From Akkermansiaceae bacterium (GTDB lineage Bacteria; Verrucomicrobiota; Verrucomicrobiia; Verrucomicrobiales; Akkermansiaceae), in assembly GCA_051251915.1 (NCBI GenBank), contig JBPOGF010000007.1, positions 32,001 through 96,000 of the forward strand: a stretch of 64,000 nucleotides of DNA, given 5' to 3'. How positions within the stretch are numbered: the stretch's first letter is position 1; each line of letters begins with the position of its first letter. The notes beneath the pieces were generated by a model. The model was not told where the DNA came from, made no database searches, and saw nothing but the letters and a program-made list of their open reading frames with translations. This document shows positions 10,757-21,146 of the stretch, one piece after another. The translations under genes were made by a program, and so were the position numbers.

Positions 10757-10915
10757 TATCCTGAGTTTATTAATGATTATTTGAGGTTTTGAAAAGGTGA
10801 AAAGAGAGAATTGGTATTATTTGGGGTGGTGGGTCGAGTGGTGAAATATAACTGAATATGGCTTGAGATTTGCTTAGTGTAGTTTATTGGATGACTCCAG
10901 CAACCACCTACAATT

Positions 10916-13588
10916 ATGACTCCTGAAAATATACGACTTAGAGAAAACCGTGAACGCACAAAACATTGGCTCCGTTGGGGGCCGTATCTTAGCGAGCGGC
11001 AGTGGGGGACGGTGCGTGAGGATTATTCTGAGCATGGTCATAGCTGGACTGCTTTTCCGCATGATGAGGCTCGTAGTAGAGTTTATCGTTGGAGTGAGGA
11101 TGGGTTGAACGGGTGGTCTGATCGTCGAGGGCGGTTGTGTTTTGCTCCTGCATTGTGGAATGGAAAGGATACGATCCTTAAGGAGAGACTTTATGGATTT
11201 GGTGGGCATGAGGGAAATCATGGAGAGGACTGTAAGGAGTGTTATTACTATTTGGACTCTACTCCATCTCACTCATACACGAAGGTGCTTTATAAATATC
11301 CACAGTGTGAGTATCCGTATGAAAGATTGTTAGAGGCGAACAGCCATCTGTCGCGTCGTGATCCAGAGATCGAGCTAGCTGATCTTGGGGTGTTTGATGA
11401 TGATTGTTATTTTGATGTTGTTCAGGAGGTAGCAAAGCGATCACCAGAAGATATTTTGTGGAAGATAACGGTGACCAATAGGGCGGCAGAGAAGTCTCCT
11501 ATTCATGTGTTGCCAACGGTCTGGATTCGTAACATCTGGGAAGGTGGGAATAAGAATGAGATTCCGACGAAGAAACCTGGGATGGTGCTTGAGGATGGGG
11601 TCTTGAAGATCCAGCACGAGACTTTGGGGGATTTTGTTTTTCATGTTGAGTCTAGTGATGAGTGTCCGATGGAGAACTGGTTGTTCACTGAGAATGAGAC
11701 TAATGAAGAGGCTGTATTTAATAGAGAAAGCAAGCATCTATACAAGAAGGATGCCTTTCACCGTTATATCATTAATGAGGATAAAAATGCGGTAAACCCA
11801 GGGCAGATAGGAACGAAGGCAGCTCCTGTCTTTAAGATGATGGTTCCTGCTGGGAAGTCTATTTCTATCCGTTGTCGCTTGCATGCAGCAAGTGAGGATA
11901 ATGGGGTTAAGGCGTTTGATCAATTTGATAATACGATGGCGGACCGGATTGCGGAAGCCGATGAGTTTTATGATGAGAAGATCCCTGAGCAGCTACCTGA
12001 GGAGGAGAAATTGATTTGTCGTCAATCTTATGCGGGCTTGCTGTGGACGAAGCAATTTTATCACTTTGTGGTCAAGGACTGGCTACACCACAGCCCGGAT
12101 GGGACACCGCTTCCTTCTAGAAGGCTAGAGGGGCGTAACCATGACTGGGAGCATGTTTATGCTCAGGATGTTTTATCGATGCCAGACAAGTGGGAGTATC
12201 CTTGGTTTGCGGCTTGGGACTCAGCGTTCCATATGATTTCATTTGCTACTATTGATCCTGACTTTGCAAAGGACCAGCTGTTGTTGCTTACACGCGAGTG
12301 GTATATGCACGCTAATGGGCAGCTGCCTGCTTATGAGTGGAACTTCTCTGACGTAAATCCACCGGTTCATGCATGGGCTGTGTGGAGGGTTTATAAGATG
12401 GGGGCACCTAAAGGGTTCCGTGATAAGCTGTTCCTTGAAAAAGCATTCCAGAAACTTTTGATTAACTTTACTTGGTGGGTAAATCGTAAGGATAGCGAAG
12501 GGCGCCATGTGTTTGGTGGTGGTTTCTTGGGCTTGGATAATATTGGGGTGTTTGACCGTTCACATGCGTTGCCGGATGGTTCTACTTTGAATCAGGCTGA
12601 TGGCACGGCGTGGATGGCGAGTTACTGTCTGACTATGTTATCAATGGCGCTAGAGTTAGCTCCTGAGAATCCAGCCTATGGTGACATTGCTTCTAAGTTC
12701 TTTGAGCACTTTGTTAATATCACGGATGCGATTAACAGCATTGGTGGTTCAGGCTTATGGAATGAGGAAGATGGGTTCTACTATGATCAGTTGATGATTA
12801 ACAATGAGCAGCCAATGCACTTGAAGACGCGTTCTTTAGTAGGGTTGTTGCCATTGTTCGCGACGATGACGTTAACGGAGGAGACACTAGATCAGATGCC
12901 TGAGTTTAGGAAGCGCTTGGAGTGGTTCTTAGATAACAGACCTGAGCTGAGTAAATATATTTCTACACGCCGAGCTAAGAAGCGTGAGATAGGTGATCTT
13001 ACTTTGCTCTCTGTGGCATCTGAAGATCAGCTGCGTAGGACTCTGGAGAGGATGTTAGATCCGGATGAATTTCTTTCTGAGTTCGGTATCCGATCACTCA
13101 GTAAGGCGCATGAGAAAGAGCCGTTTATTTTCAGTCATGGGGGGCTAACTAATGAGGTCCGCTATACTCCTGGTGAGTCAGAGACTGATATGTTTGGTGG
13201 GAATTCTAACTGGCGTGGGCCGATCTGGTTCCCGACTAATTACCTACTCATTGAGGCACTTGAGCGTTATCATTTCTACTATGGAGAATCCTTCAAAATA
13301 GAGTATCCTAAGGGCTCAGGTAAGCAGTGTAACTTACGCGAGGTGGCGCATGATATCTGTGACCGATTGGTGACTCTCTTCAGCCCAGACAAGAATGGTC
13401 GTCGTCCATGTTTTGGAAATGCGGTTCGTTATACTGAGAAGGAGCACTGGAATAATTTGGTTCTGTTCCATGAGTATTTCCACGCCGAGACAGGGGAGGG
13501 GCTTGGAGCATCTCACCAGACTGGCTGGACCTCACTGGTGACTCACCTCATTCACAAGCGTGAATCAGGAAACAATATTAATAAATAA
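10916..13588 (+). CDS. MGH1-like glycoside hydrolase (GH63) glucosidase
   Basis: WGPYLSERQWGTVREDYS, SMPDKWEYPWFAAWD, NSNWRGPIW, GLGASHQTGWT. Confidence 0.9.
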   Translation: MTPENIRLRENRERTKHWLRWGPYLSERQWGTVREDYSEHGHSWTAFPHDEARSRVYRWSEDGLNGWSDRRGRLCFAPALWNGKDTILKERLYGFGGHEGNHGEDCKECYYYLDSTPSHSYTKVLYKYPQCEYPYERLLEANSHLSRRDPEIELADLGVFDDDCYFDVVQEVAKRSPEDILWKITVTNRAAEKSPIHVLPTVWIRNIWEGGNKNEIPTKKPGMVLEDGVLKIQHETLGDFVFHVESSDECPMENWLFTENETNEEAVFNRESKHLYKKDAFHRYIINEDKNAVNPGQIGTKAAPVFKMMVPAGKSISIRCRLHAASEDNGVKAFDQFDNTMADRIAEADEFYDEKIPEQLPEEEKLICRQSYAGLLWTKQFYHFVVKDWLHHSPDGTPLPSRRLEGRNHDWEHVYAQDVLSMPDKWEYPWFAAWDSAFHMISFATIDPDFAKDQLLLLTREWYMHANGQLPAYEWNFSDVNPPVHAWAVWRVYKMGAPKGFRDKLFLEKAFQKLLINFTWWVNRKDSEGRHVFGGGFLGLDNIGVFDRSHALPDGSTLNQADGTAWMASYCLTMLSMALELAPENPAYGDIASKFFEHFVNITDAINSIGGSGLWNEEDGFYYDQLMINNEQPMHLKTRSLVGLLPLFATMTLTEETLDQMPEFRKRLEWFLDNRPELSKYISTRRAKKREIGDLTLLSVASEDQLRRTLERMLDPDEFLSEFGIRSLSKAHEKEPFIFSHGGLTNEVRYTPGESETDMFGGNSNWRGPIWFPTNYLLIEALERYHFYYGESFKIEYPKGSGKQCNLREVAHDICDRLVTLFSPDKNGRRPCFGNAVRYTEKEHWNNLVLFHEYFHAETGEGLGASHQTGWTSLVTHLIHKRESGNNINK

Positions 13589-13591
13589 GGG

Positions 13592-14638
13592 TTACTCCTT
13601 AAAGTTAGTGTCCACTTTGAAGATCTGTTTGCCATCTCTATCGAGAATGGCAAGCGAGACTTTAGGGATCTTGTTGCTCCAGTCGATATCTAGGGTGCCG
13701 AAGTTGATGACGTTTGCGAAGCTTCCAGGGACTTGATATTTGTTTGGTCCTTTGGGGGCGCTGGCGTGGGTGAGGCCGCTGGAGGTAAGTTCTATGAGGT
13801 CGAAGTTTAGATTGGTGTCTGCTGGTGTGAGCTTGGAAATCTCTGCTAGGTGGCGGTCGCCGCTGAGGATGACTACGCGTTTGACGTTAGATTTTTTGAG
13901 GAGATCTAGGAAGCGCTGGCGTTCGGCCGGGATGTTGGACCATTTTTCGAAACGGTGTTCTGAGGAGATGATCTGGATGCTGGAGACGATGATGCGGAGG
14001 TCGGCTGGCTTCTTGAGTTCTGCTTCTAGCCATGCCCATTGTGCGTCTCCAAGCATGGTTGCTTTAGGATCTGTGACGGGGAAATACTCCTGACGCCTAC
14101 CTACTTTACGGCGGTCTAGGGCGCTGCGGTGGTAGCGGGTGTCTAGGTTGATGATTTGTGTTACTTTGCCTTCTGGTCCTTGGGTATAGGTGTGGTAGAT
14201 GCCCTTGCGTGATCTTGCTGGGTGATCTTCTGGGAAGCCATAGGTATCTAGGAAAATTTTTTGTGACTGGGCTTTTTCTGGGTATTCTTCGCCTGCGTCA
14301 TTTACGCCGTAGTCGTGGTCGTCCCAGATGGGGATAATTTTGTGTTGTTTGGAAAATTTTGCGTATGCGGGAAGTTCTGTTAGAGCTTGATATTTCTGTC
14401 GCATGACGTCCATGTCGTGGGTGTCTGCGTAGATGCAGTCTCCCATGAAGAGGAAAGCTTGTGGCTTGGTGTCGGCGATGACTGGCCAGATATTGGGGGC
14501 GCTTTTATAGTTTGGCTTAAAGCAGGAGCCGCAGGCTAGCTTGGTGAGGGGGGAGGTGTCTTGCGCCGGTTCTTTTGCTGAAACAAATGATAGGCAGAGG
14601 GTTAAGTATAGGGTGATGGTGGTGAGTTGCTTTTTCAT
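13592..14638 (-). CDS. phoD: Alkaline phosphatase D (PhoD) family protein with signal peptide
   Basis: ACGSC, FMGDCIYAD, WDDHDYG, LDTRYHR, LSGDRH; start moved to MKKQLTT. Confidence 0.9.
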   Translation of the reverse strand: MKKQLTTITLYLTLCLSFVSAKEPAQDTSPLTKLACGSCFKPNYKSAPNIWPVIADTKPQAFLFMGDCIYADTHDMDVMRQKYQALTELPAYAKFSKQHKIIPIWDDHDYGVNDAGEEYPEKAQSQKIFLDTYGFPEDHPARSRKGIYHTYTQGPEGKVTQIINLDTRYHRSALDRRKVGRRQEYFPVTDPKATMLGDAQWAWLEAELKKPADLRIIVSSIQIISSEHRFEKWSNIPAERQRFLDLLKKSNVKRVVILSGDRHLAEISKLTPADTNLNFDLIELTSSGLTHASAPKGPNKYQVPGSFANVINFGTLDIDWSNKIPKVSLAILDRDGKQIFKVDTNFKE

Positions 14639-14666
14639 GGGTTCCAGAGGTAAGTTTTTTAGTGCG

Positions 14667-15641
14667 CTAACATAAACATCCTGGACAGTCTTGGACGAAG
14701 TGTTTGGGGGCTTTTTCCGTGAGTGGGGGGTGATGGTTTTGGATGCAGAGTAATTTATCACCTAGGGTGTTGCGTGCAGAGAATGCGCAGCCTTTTGGTG
14801 GGTCGGTGAGGACAGGGGGAAGGCCTGGGATGGTGAAGAGTTTTTCGCCTTTTTTGTGAGTGGCGGGGATGGACTGGAGCAGTGCGCGAGTGTAAGCATG
14901 CATCGGGTTAGCGAAGAGGGTGTCTGCTTCTGCACTTTCTACGATTCTGCCTGAGTACATGACGTTGACGTGATCACAGGTTTGCTTAACGACTGCGAGG
15001 TCGTGGGTGATGAGGACGACGGCGGTGCCGAGGTCGTTTTGGCGGTCTTTGATGAGGTCTAGGACTTGCTTTTGGACGGTGACGTCTAGGGCTGTGGTTG
15101 GCTCATCGCAGATGAGGAGTTCTGGGCGGGTGATGAGTGCCATGGCGATCATTACGCGCTGGCGCATGCCGCCGGAGAACTCGTGAGGGTATGAGTGAAT
15201 GCGTTTTTCTGGCTCGGGTATGCCGACTTCTGCTAGGGCATCGATGGCTTTGTGGAGCGCTTGTTTGCCTTTGATACCCTCGTGAATTTCTAGTGGCTCG
15301 GTGAGCTGGGTGGAAATTTTCAGGTAGGGATTGAGGGAGGTCATGGGGTCCTGGAAGATCATGGAGACGCGTTTGCCGCGGATCTTGAGGAGTTGTTTTT
15401 CGCTGGCTTGGAGTAGGTCAACGCCGTCGAAGATGGCTTTGCCTGAATGGATTTTCCCTGGAGGGGTAGGGATGAGTCCTAGTAGGGAGTAACAGGTGAC
15501 AGATTTACCAGATCCAGACTCACCGACGATGCCAAGGGTTTGCCCTTTTTCGACCGAGAATGAGACATCCTCGACTGCATGCACGATGCCATTTCTAGTG
15601 TGAAATCTAGTGGTAAGGTTTGATACGTCGAGGATGGACAT
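14667..15641 (-). CDS. Oligopeptide/dipeptide ABC transporter ATP-binding protein (OppD-like)
   Basis: [38 protein letters not shown], Cys-rich C-terminal oligo_HPY domain. Confidence 0.92.
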   Translation of the reverse strand: MSILDVSNLTTRFHTRNGIVHAVEDVSFSVEKGQTLGIVGESGSGKSVTCYSLLGLIPTPPGKIHSGKAIFDGVDLLQASEKQLLKIRGKRVSMIFQDPMTSLNPYLKISTQLTEPLEIHEGIKGKQALHKAIDALAEVGIPEPEKRIHSYPHEFSGGMRQRVMIAMALITRPELLICDEPTTALDVTVQKQVLDLIKDRQNDLGTAVVLITHDLAVVKQTCDHVNVMYSGRIVESAEADTLFANPMHAYTRALLQSIPATHKKGEKLFTIPGLPPVLTDPPKGCAFSARNTLGDKLLCIQNHHPPLTEKAPKHFVQDCPGCLC

Positions 15642-15686
15642 TTTGAATAGTGATTGGTGAGTTTGGAGTGGTGAATTGCTTAAAAC

Positions 15687-16916
15687 TTAGAGGTAAGTTT
15701 TGAGTCTGTTGCAGACTTCGATGACGTTTTCGCGGGTGTTGAATGCTGAGATACGGAAGTATCCTTCGCCTGCTGCGCCGAATCCTGAGCCTGGAGTGAT
15801 GACTACGTTTGCTTCGTTGAGCATCTTGTCAAACATGTCCCAGCTGGTGAGGCCTTCTGGGCAAGCAACCCATACGTATGGGGCGTTTTCACCGCCGAAT
15901 ACTTTGAGGCCGATTTCTGTGCATGCTTCGCGGAGGAGCTTGGCGTTACCCATGTAGTGTTCTACGAGGGCTGAGATCTGTGCTTTGCCTGCTTCTGAGA
16001 AACATGCTTCTGCACCGCGCTGGACTGGGTATGAGGCACCGTTGAATTTAGTAGAGGTGCGGCGTGACCAGAGTTGCTTGATAGAGATGCGCTCACCGGT
16101 GGATGATGCGCCGGTGACTGTGTCTGGGATGGTGATGTAGCCACAGCGAACTCCTGTGAAGCCGCCGTTTTTAGAGAATGAGCGGAATTCGAGTGCGCAG
16201 TCGTGAGCGCCTTCGATTTCGTAGATGGAGCGTGGGACGTCTGAGTCCTGGATGAATGCTTCGTAGGCGGCATCGTAGAGGATGATGGCGTCATTTTCCT
16301 TGGCGTAGTTTACCCATGCTGTGAGTTGCTCGCGAGTGGCGGATGCTCCTGTTGGGTTGTTAGGGTAGCAGAGGTAGACGATGTCTACTTTTTCTTCTGG
16401 GATGGCTGGGACGAAGTTGTTTTCGGCGGTGCATGGGAGATAGACGAGGCCTTCATAGCGGCCTTCTTCGTCTGCTTCTCCTGTGTTGCCGATCATTACG
16501 TTGGTGTCTACGTAGACTGGGTAAACTGGGTCGGTGATGGCGATTTTGTTGTCTTGGCCGAAGATGTCTAGGATGTTTCCGGTGTCGCACTTGGAGCCGT
16601 CTGAGATGAAGATGTCTCCAGCTCCGATGTTTAGGTCTGAGTAGCAGTTGTCTGCGATGGCGTTTCTGAGGAAGTCGTATCCTTGCTCTGGTCCGTAGCC
16701 GCGGAATGTTTCGCGGTGTCCTAGCTCGTCTACTGCTGCGTGCATTGCTTCGCGCACGGCTTCTGGGAGTGGCTCGGTGACATCGCCGATGCCACATTTG
16801 ATGAGTGATGCTGCTTTGTCTGCGTTAGCTTCAGTGTATGCTGCTACGCGTCTGCCGATTTCAGGAAATAGGTATCCTGCCTTTAATTTTAAGAAGTTGT
16901 CATTGATGCTTGCCAT
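15687..16916 (-). CDS. dapL: LL-diaminopimelate aminotransferase
   Basis: [50 protein letters not shown]; start moved to MASINDNF. Confidence 0.96.
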   Translation of the reverse strand: MASINDNFLKLKAGYLFPEIGRRVAAYTEANADKAASLIKCGIGDVTEPLPEAVREAMHAAVDELGHRETFRGYGPEQGYDFLRNAIADNCYSDLNIGAGDIFISDGSKCDTGNILDIFGQDNKIAITDPVYPVYVDTNVMIGNTGEADEEGRYEGLVYLPCTAENNFVPAIPEEKVDIVYLCYPNNPTGASATREQLTAWVNYAKENDAIILYDAAYEAFIQDSDVPRSIYEIEGAHDCALEFRSFSKNGGFTGVRCGYITIPDTVTGASSTGERISIKQLWSRRTSTKFNGASYPVQRGAEACFSEAGKAQISALVEHYMGNAKLLREACTEIGLKVFGGENAPYVWVACPEGLTSWDMFDKMLNEANVVITPGSGFGAAGEGYFRISAFNTRENVIEVCNRLKTYL

Positions 16917-16996
16917 GATGGGGCAAATACTTGACGAATCCCGCCGATATGCAAGCGGAAATCGACATTTACGAGTGAACAATTTTCATCTAGTAT

Positions 16997-17275
16997 TTGA
17001 AAGTGCCTGCAAAAAAGAACATTCAGAAGAAACTTAACAAACCGCTGGTGGGTAAGACGCTCATTAAGGAGGTGAATCGGCGGATACGATTGGCTAGATC
17101 TCACTGGGATGCGCATAATAATAAGGCGTGTCGGAAGGAAAGGGATCGGGCGATAGAGCTTTATGAGACGTTGACGAAGGAGCAGCGCGATGATGTTCCG
17201 CAGACTTTGAGGGTATGGTTGAGATATCGGAGTGAAAAATATTTTGGTGATCATAGGACTCCGCCAAGTGATTGA
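16997..17275 (+). CDS. Small basic hypothetical protein
   Basis: 92 aa K/R-rich ORF divergent from dapL; start uncertain (TTG, or GTG at 17003). Confidence 0.65.
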   Translation: MKVPAKKNIQKKLNKPLVGKTLIKEVNRRIRLARSHWDAHNNKACRKERDRAIELYETLTKEQRDDVPQTLRVWLRYRSEKYFGDHRTPPSD

Positions 17276-17387
17276 TTATTGGTTATTTAATAGTGAATGT
17301 TGGTTAGAGGGGGGTGGAAAAAATTTGTTTTTCTATCAAATCGTGTTGACAAAACCTTCAACTCAAATGAGGAATGGCGCTCACATT

Positions 17388-17759
17388 ATGTTAGATTTTA
17401 CCGAAGATATAGAGGAGTTCATTGAGGACGTAGAGGCAGATCCAGAGAGGAAGCTTAGTGAAGAGGAGCAGAACATCATGAATGTGGTGGAAGTAGCTAG
17501 TATTATAGAGGAAGAGGGGCTTCACGGATTCTGGATGAGCGCGCTGAATCATGAAGCGATGCTTAAGTCGCTGGATGAAGTGGGTGCGCATGCTCTGTTA
17601 GATCTTTTTCAGTCTAGTCAATGGTGTAGTACTAAGTCTCCGGATCAGGAGCTTACAGATGTAGAGCTCAATCATCTTGAAGAAATCGAGGAAGAACTTA
17701 CACCATTACTTGATGAGCTGCCAGATCAGTTGCAAGAGTATTTGGATGATGAAGTGTAA
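17388..17759 (+). CDS. DMP19/DUF4375-like highly acidic protein (possible DNA mimic)
   Basis: EEGLHGFW...LKSLDEVGA pattern; about 37 D/E vs 4 K/R in 123 aa by hand count; start moved to MLDFTED. Confidence 0.6.
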   Translation: MLDFTEDIEEFIEDVEADPERKLSEEEQNIMNVVEVASIIEEEGLHGFWMSALNHEAMLKSLDEVGAHALLDLFQSSQWCSTKSPDQELTDVELNHLEEIEEELTPLLDELPDQLQEYLDDEV

Positions 17760-17959
17760 GAGCTGGTGTTGATTATTGTATATTGAATATGGGTTATTTG
17801 GGAGGTGATTTAGGTTGCTGAACTTATTTCCGTGACAGAAGTGAATGGGGGAGAGGTGATTAATTTTTCACAGGTGGAATTTTGATCTTGTATAACCATT
17901 GTGATCTGGCATTTTTCTTGTTAAGTTATTCAAACTCTTTCACTCTGAAAAATAAAACA

Positions 17960-19138
17960 ATGAAATCGAACAAGATTAAATCTACCTTCCGTGCAGTAGC
18001 CGCTTGCTCAGCGCTTGGAGCATTAAGTTTAGCCAATATTGTGAGTGCAGAAGTGTCTGCTCCGGTAGGCTTTGTGAAGCTCACTTTTAATGCTGAGTCA
18101 GATACCCCGTTCTCACTTCCTATGAACCGTCCTAAGGTATATGGAGGTCAGGTGGTGTCTATTTCTGGGAATGAGATTACTATTTCGGATGAAGATTTTA
18201 CTGCTAGTGAGTTAGTTTATGATGATACGGAAGTGGCTGGTGAACCGGTTCAGCCTGAGAAGTATTATGTGTTGTTTACGACTGGGACGTTAGAGGGTAG
18301 AACTTTTGATGTGACTGCGAATGGAACGGATACTGTTACTGTTGATCAAGATGGGGATACGGATATTGAGGATCTTATTGATGATGCGGGGGCAACTGAT
18401 AATTTTGAGATTAGGCCGCATTGGACACTGGGGACAGCTTTTCCAAATGGTGAAGGTATACCCAAGACTACAACTTTTAGTGTGATCAAAGGCATTGTTC
18501 AGTTCAGAGAAGTCACTGTAGGCACCAATATTCCAATAACCAAAGAATATACCTATTTTGATTCATCGACTGATGATACTTTAGATGGATGGTATTTACC
18601 GAACTCACCAGAAAGTGGTAAAAAAGATAACATAGTGCTATCAAGTAAAACATTCTATGTATTTCGTAATAACGATACAGCAGATTATACTCCAAACATT
18701 ATAGGTGATGTACCATTAGTTGATTTTAGTAATAGTTTGGACAATCATCTCATTGAAAATGATAGTTACAAGGCGATCGCCTTTCCTGTTGCTCTTACTT
18801 TAACTCAAAGCAGGCTTGTAGAGAGCGGAGCGTTTAAGCCTACAACGAGTTTCTCTCTTCGTGATGGAGATACATTACAGGCTTATACATACCCGATAAC
18901 AATATTTAACCAACCGATTAGCACTGAATATGTTTATTTTGATTCTAGTGATGATTCGTTAGATGGATGGTATTTACCAAACTCGCCAGAGAATGGTAAG
19001 AAGGATGATGTAACTGTATTTCAACCAGGAAGAGGCTACATCATTAGAACAGTTGGCCGTGATACAGTGCCAGATCCGACTTCGTTCTGGTTGTCTGAGC
19101 GATATTATGACCCTTTCTATGAAGCACCAACACAATAA
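17960..19138 (+). CDS. TIGR02597-like secreted protein (Verrucomicrobia-type) with internal duplication
   Basis: Signal peptide followed by SAPVGFVKLT...DTPFSLPMNRP, FEIRPHWTLGT.FP, G.VP and PGRGYIIR; start moved to MKSNKI. Confidence 0.75.
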   Translation: MKSNKIKSTFRAVAACSALGALSLANIVSAEVSAPVGFVKLTFNAESDTPFSLPMNRPKVYGGQVVSISGNEITISDEDFTASELVYDDTEVAGEPVQPEKYYVLFTTGTLEGRTFDVTANGTDTVTVDQDGDTDIEDLIDDAGATDNFEIRPHWTLGTAFPNGEGIPKTTTFSVIKGIVQFREVTVGTNIPITKEYTYFDSSTDDTLDGWYLPNSPESGKKDNIVLSSKTFYVFRNNDTADYTPNIIGDVPLVDFSNSLDNHLIENDSYKAIAFPVALTLTQSRLVESGAFKPTTSFSLRDGDTLQAYTYPITIFNQPISTEYVYFDSSDDSLDGWYLPNSPENGKKDDVTVFQPGRGYIIRTVGRDTVPDPTSFWLSERYYDPFYEAPTQ

Positions 19139-19143
19139 AATTT

Positions 19144-19743
19144 ATGAAAAAAACACTACTAAATATAGCATGTCTTTGCCTTAGTGTAACTACAGCTCAA
19201 GCTGTGGTAACAGTTACTTCAGCAAGAGTTGAAGGATTCCAAACCGCGAGTGGTGATCAACTAACAACAGCTGGTGTACTTGGCATTTTTGTAGTTGATG
19301 CCGGTGGAGATGGATTTGGTGAAATTACACAAGGTTCTACAATAGCTATCGATACAGTGCTGGCTGATGGGAATGATGTGATCTTGAACATTGTAAGTTC
19401 GATCGGAGCAAGTGGTTTCGGTGACGCAAGAATTTCTGGGGTTGGTACTGATACACTTGAAGTTGTTTTAGAAGGAGGAGTTAGTACAGGAGATCAATTT
19501 GCAGTCTATTGGTTCCCAACATTAACTACTTCAGATACTGAATTTGCAGCAGGTGATACTTATGGTGTAGCCAGAGAGTTGAATTGGATACTTCCGGCAG
19601 AAGGAACATCAACACCAACACCTACTACGGTGCTTGCTGCTGGGTTAGCTAACCTTGAAGTGATTGCAGTGCCGGAGCCTACTTCTACAGCGTTGCTAGG
19701 ACTTGGAGCGTTAAGTCTTATTGCGCGTCGTCGTAGGACTTAG
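19144..19743 (+). CDS. PEP-CTERM sorting domain protein
   Basis: Signal peptide; C-terminal VPEPTSTALLGLGALSLIARRRRT. Confidence 0.92.
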   Translation: MKKTLLNIACLCLSVTTAQAVVTVTSARVEGFQTASGDQLTTAGVLGIFVVDAGGDGFGEITQGSTIAIDTVLADGNDVILNIVSSIGASGFGDARISGVGTDTLEVVLEGGVSTGDQFAVYWFPTLTTSDTEFAAGDTYGVARELNWILPAEGTSTPTPTTVLAAGLANLEVIAVPEPTSTALLGLGALSLIARRRRT

Positions 19744-19778
19744 AGTTCTCTGTCACATTGACAAAAAAATACTTTACG

Positions 19779-19810
19779 AAGTTCCTTGCAGTTTACTGCA
19801 GGGAACTTTT
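19779..19810 (+). terminator. Intrinsic terminator after the TIGR02597/PEP-CTERM pair
   Basis: AAGTTCCTTGCAGT-TT-ACTGCAGGGAACTTTT hairpin. Confidence 0.75.
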
Positions 19811-19821
19811 AGGTTTTGGGC

Positions 19822-20490
19822 ATGGAGGTTACTGAATTACTTGGGGGTTCACAGATTAAGGCTGTGTTGTTTGACTTTGATGGGATTATAATGGATTCTG
19901 AGTGGCCGATTTATGAGTCTTGGAGGCGGGTGTTTGAGGGGGAGGGCCAGGTGTTGGATGTGGAGACTTATGTTCAGTGCATTGGGTCTGATTTTGATAC
20001 TTGGTCGCCTGAGAAGTATCTGGAGGAGTTAACGGGGAAGGAGTTTGACTGGCCTACGATTAATGCGAAGCGGCAGGTAGAGTTAGAGGCTGATTTGGTG
20101 GGAGTGGTGCCTTTGCCTGGGGTGAGGGAGTTGTTTGAAAAACTTAGCTCTGGTGAGTGGAGCGATGTGAGGTTGGCTGTGGTTTCTAGTTCATCGCATC
20201 GTTGGGTGGATATGTGGTTGGAGAAATTGGATTTGATTCGGTATGTTGAAGAGGTGGTTTGCCGTGGGGATGCGCCGCGGATTAAGCCGGCTCCTGATCT
20301 TTATTTGGAGGCGGTGAAGCGTTTCTCGCTTAAGGCTGAGGAGTGCTTGGTGATTGAGGATTCACTTAATGGGGTGAAGGCTGGTAATGCGGCTGGGTGT
20401 GTGACTGTGGCGGTGCCTAGTAGGTTGACTGGTTGTTTGGATTTTAGTGAGGCGGATGGGGTTGTTGAGAGTCTCTTAGATTTGTTGTAG
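19822..20490 (+). CDS. HAD-superfamily hydrolase (beta-PGM/CbbY-like)
   Basis: FDFDG motif I, VSSS, KPAPDLY, IEDSLNG. Confidence 0.92.
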   Translation: MEVTELLGGSQIKAVLFDFDGIIMDSEWPIYESWRRVFEGEGQVLDVETYVQCIGSDFDTWSPEKYLEELTGKEFDWPTINAKRQVELEADLVGVVPLPGVRELFEKLSSGEWSDVRLAVVSSSSHRWVDMWLEKLDLIRYVEEVVCRGDAPRIKPAPDLYLEAVKRFSLKAEECLVIEDSLNGVKAGNAAGCVTVAVPSRLTGCLDFSEADGVVESLLDLL

Positions 20491-20600
20491 AGTATTTTAT
20501 TAGGGTGTTTTGAATTCTAGGGAGCCGCCTGTCATTGGTGGATTGGTTAATGGACAATAGTTTTTGTTTTGGTTGATGAAACGTTCTGGGTACGGGTGGG

Positions 20601-21074
20601 TTATTGGCGCTTGGTGTTGAATTTTTCTTCTAGGATCTGGGTGCGGAAGTGGAAGATGCGTTTAAGTTGGGCTTTGACGAATAGGGTGTGGACTATTTTG
20701 CCTATGGGGCCGAAGGGGAGGAGGTAGTGGACTTGGTCTTGCATGAGGACGCCGTTTTCGGTCTCAGTGAAGGTGTGGCGGTGGTGCCATATTTTGTATG
20801 GGCCGGAGCGCTGGTCATCGATGAAGTGAGATTTGTCTTCTGCTTGGGTGATCTCGGTAACCCAGTTCATCCAGACGAAGGGCATGAGGCGGATCTTGTA
20901 GCTGATGATTTGTCCTTGGACCATGTGGTCATGGGAGCAGGTGATAATCTTGAATCTTAGGTTTTTAGGGGTAAGTTTTTCTAGGTTTGCGGGAGTAGAG
21001 AAGAATTCCCATGCTTCATCTAGTGTAATAGGGAGTTCTTGTTCTGAGTTTAGGACGTGAATTGGAGTGTTCAT
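20601..21074 (-). CDS. SRPBCC family protein
   Basis: AWEFFSTPANLEKLTP, FIDDQRSGPYKIWHHRHTF, IFHFR. Confidence 0.88.
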   Translation of the reverse strand: MNTPIHVLNSEQELPITLDEAWEFFSTPANLEKLTPKNLRFKIITCSHDHMVQGQIISYKIRLMPFVWMNWVTEITQAEDKSHFIDDQRSGPYKIWHHRHTFTETENGVLMQDQVHYLLPFGPIGKIVHTLFVKAQLKRIFHFRTQILEEKFNTKRQ

Positions 21075-21146
21075 ATTTTCAGTATATACTGAAAATACGA
21101 TTATCAAAATTAATATTTGATCATCGTTGGTTTTATTTTGATGAGC

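Noticed and set aside
14667..15641. Orphan oppD-like ATPase as a pseudogene or novel module
   Set aside because: The ORF is intact with all motifs; the partner subunits are probably elsewhere in the genome
17232..17387. Long N-terminal extensions in the ORF track (also for phoD, dapL, the TIGR02597-like gene, the dus gene and the aminotransferase)
   Set aside because: They overlap neighbouring genes or promoters and precede the evident signal peptide or first conserved motif; downstream ATGs were preferred
20570..20583. TGATGA...GAAAC resemblance to a hammerhead ribozyme core
   Set aside because: No CUGAUGA and no stem II between UGAUGA and GAAA; the two motifs overlap
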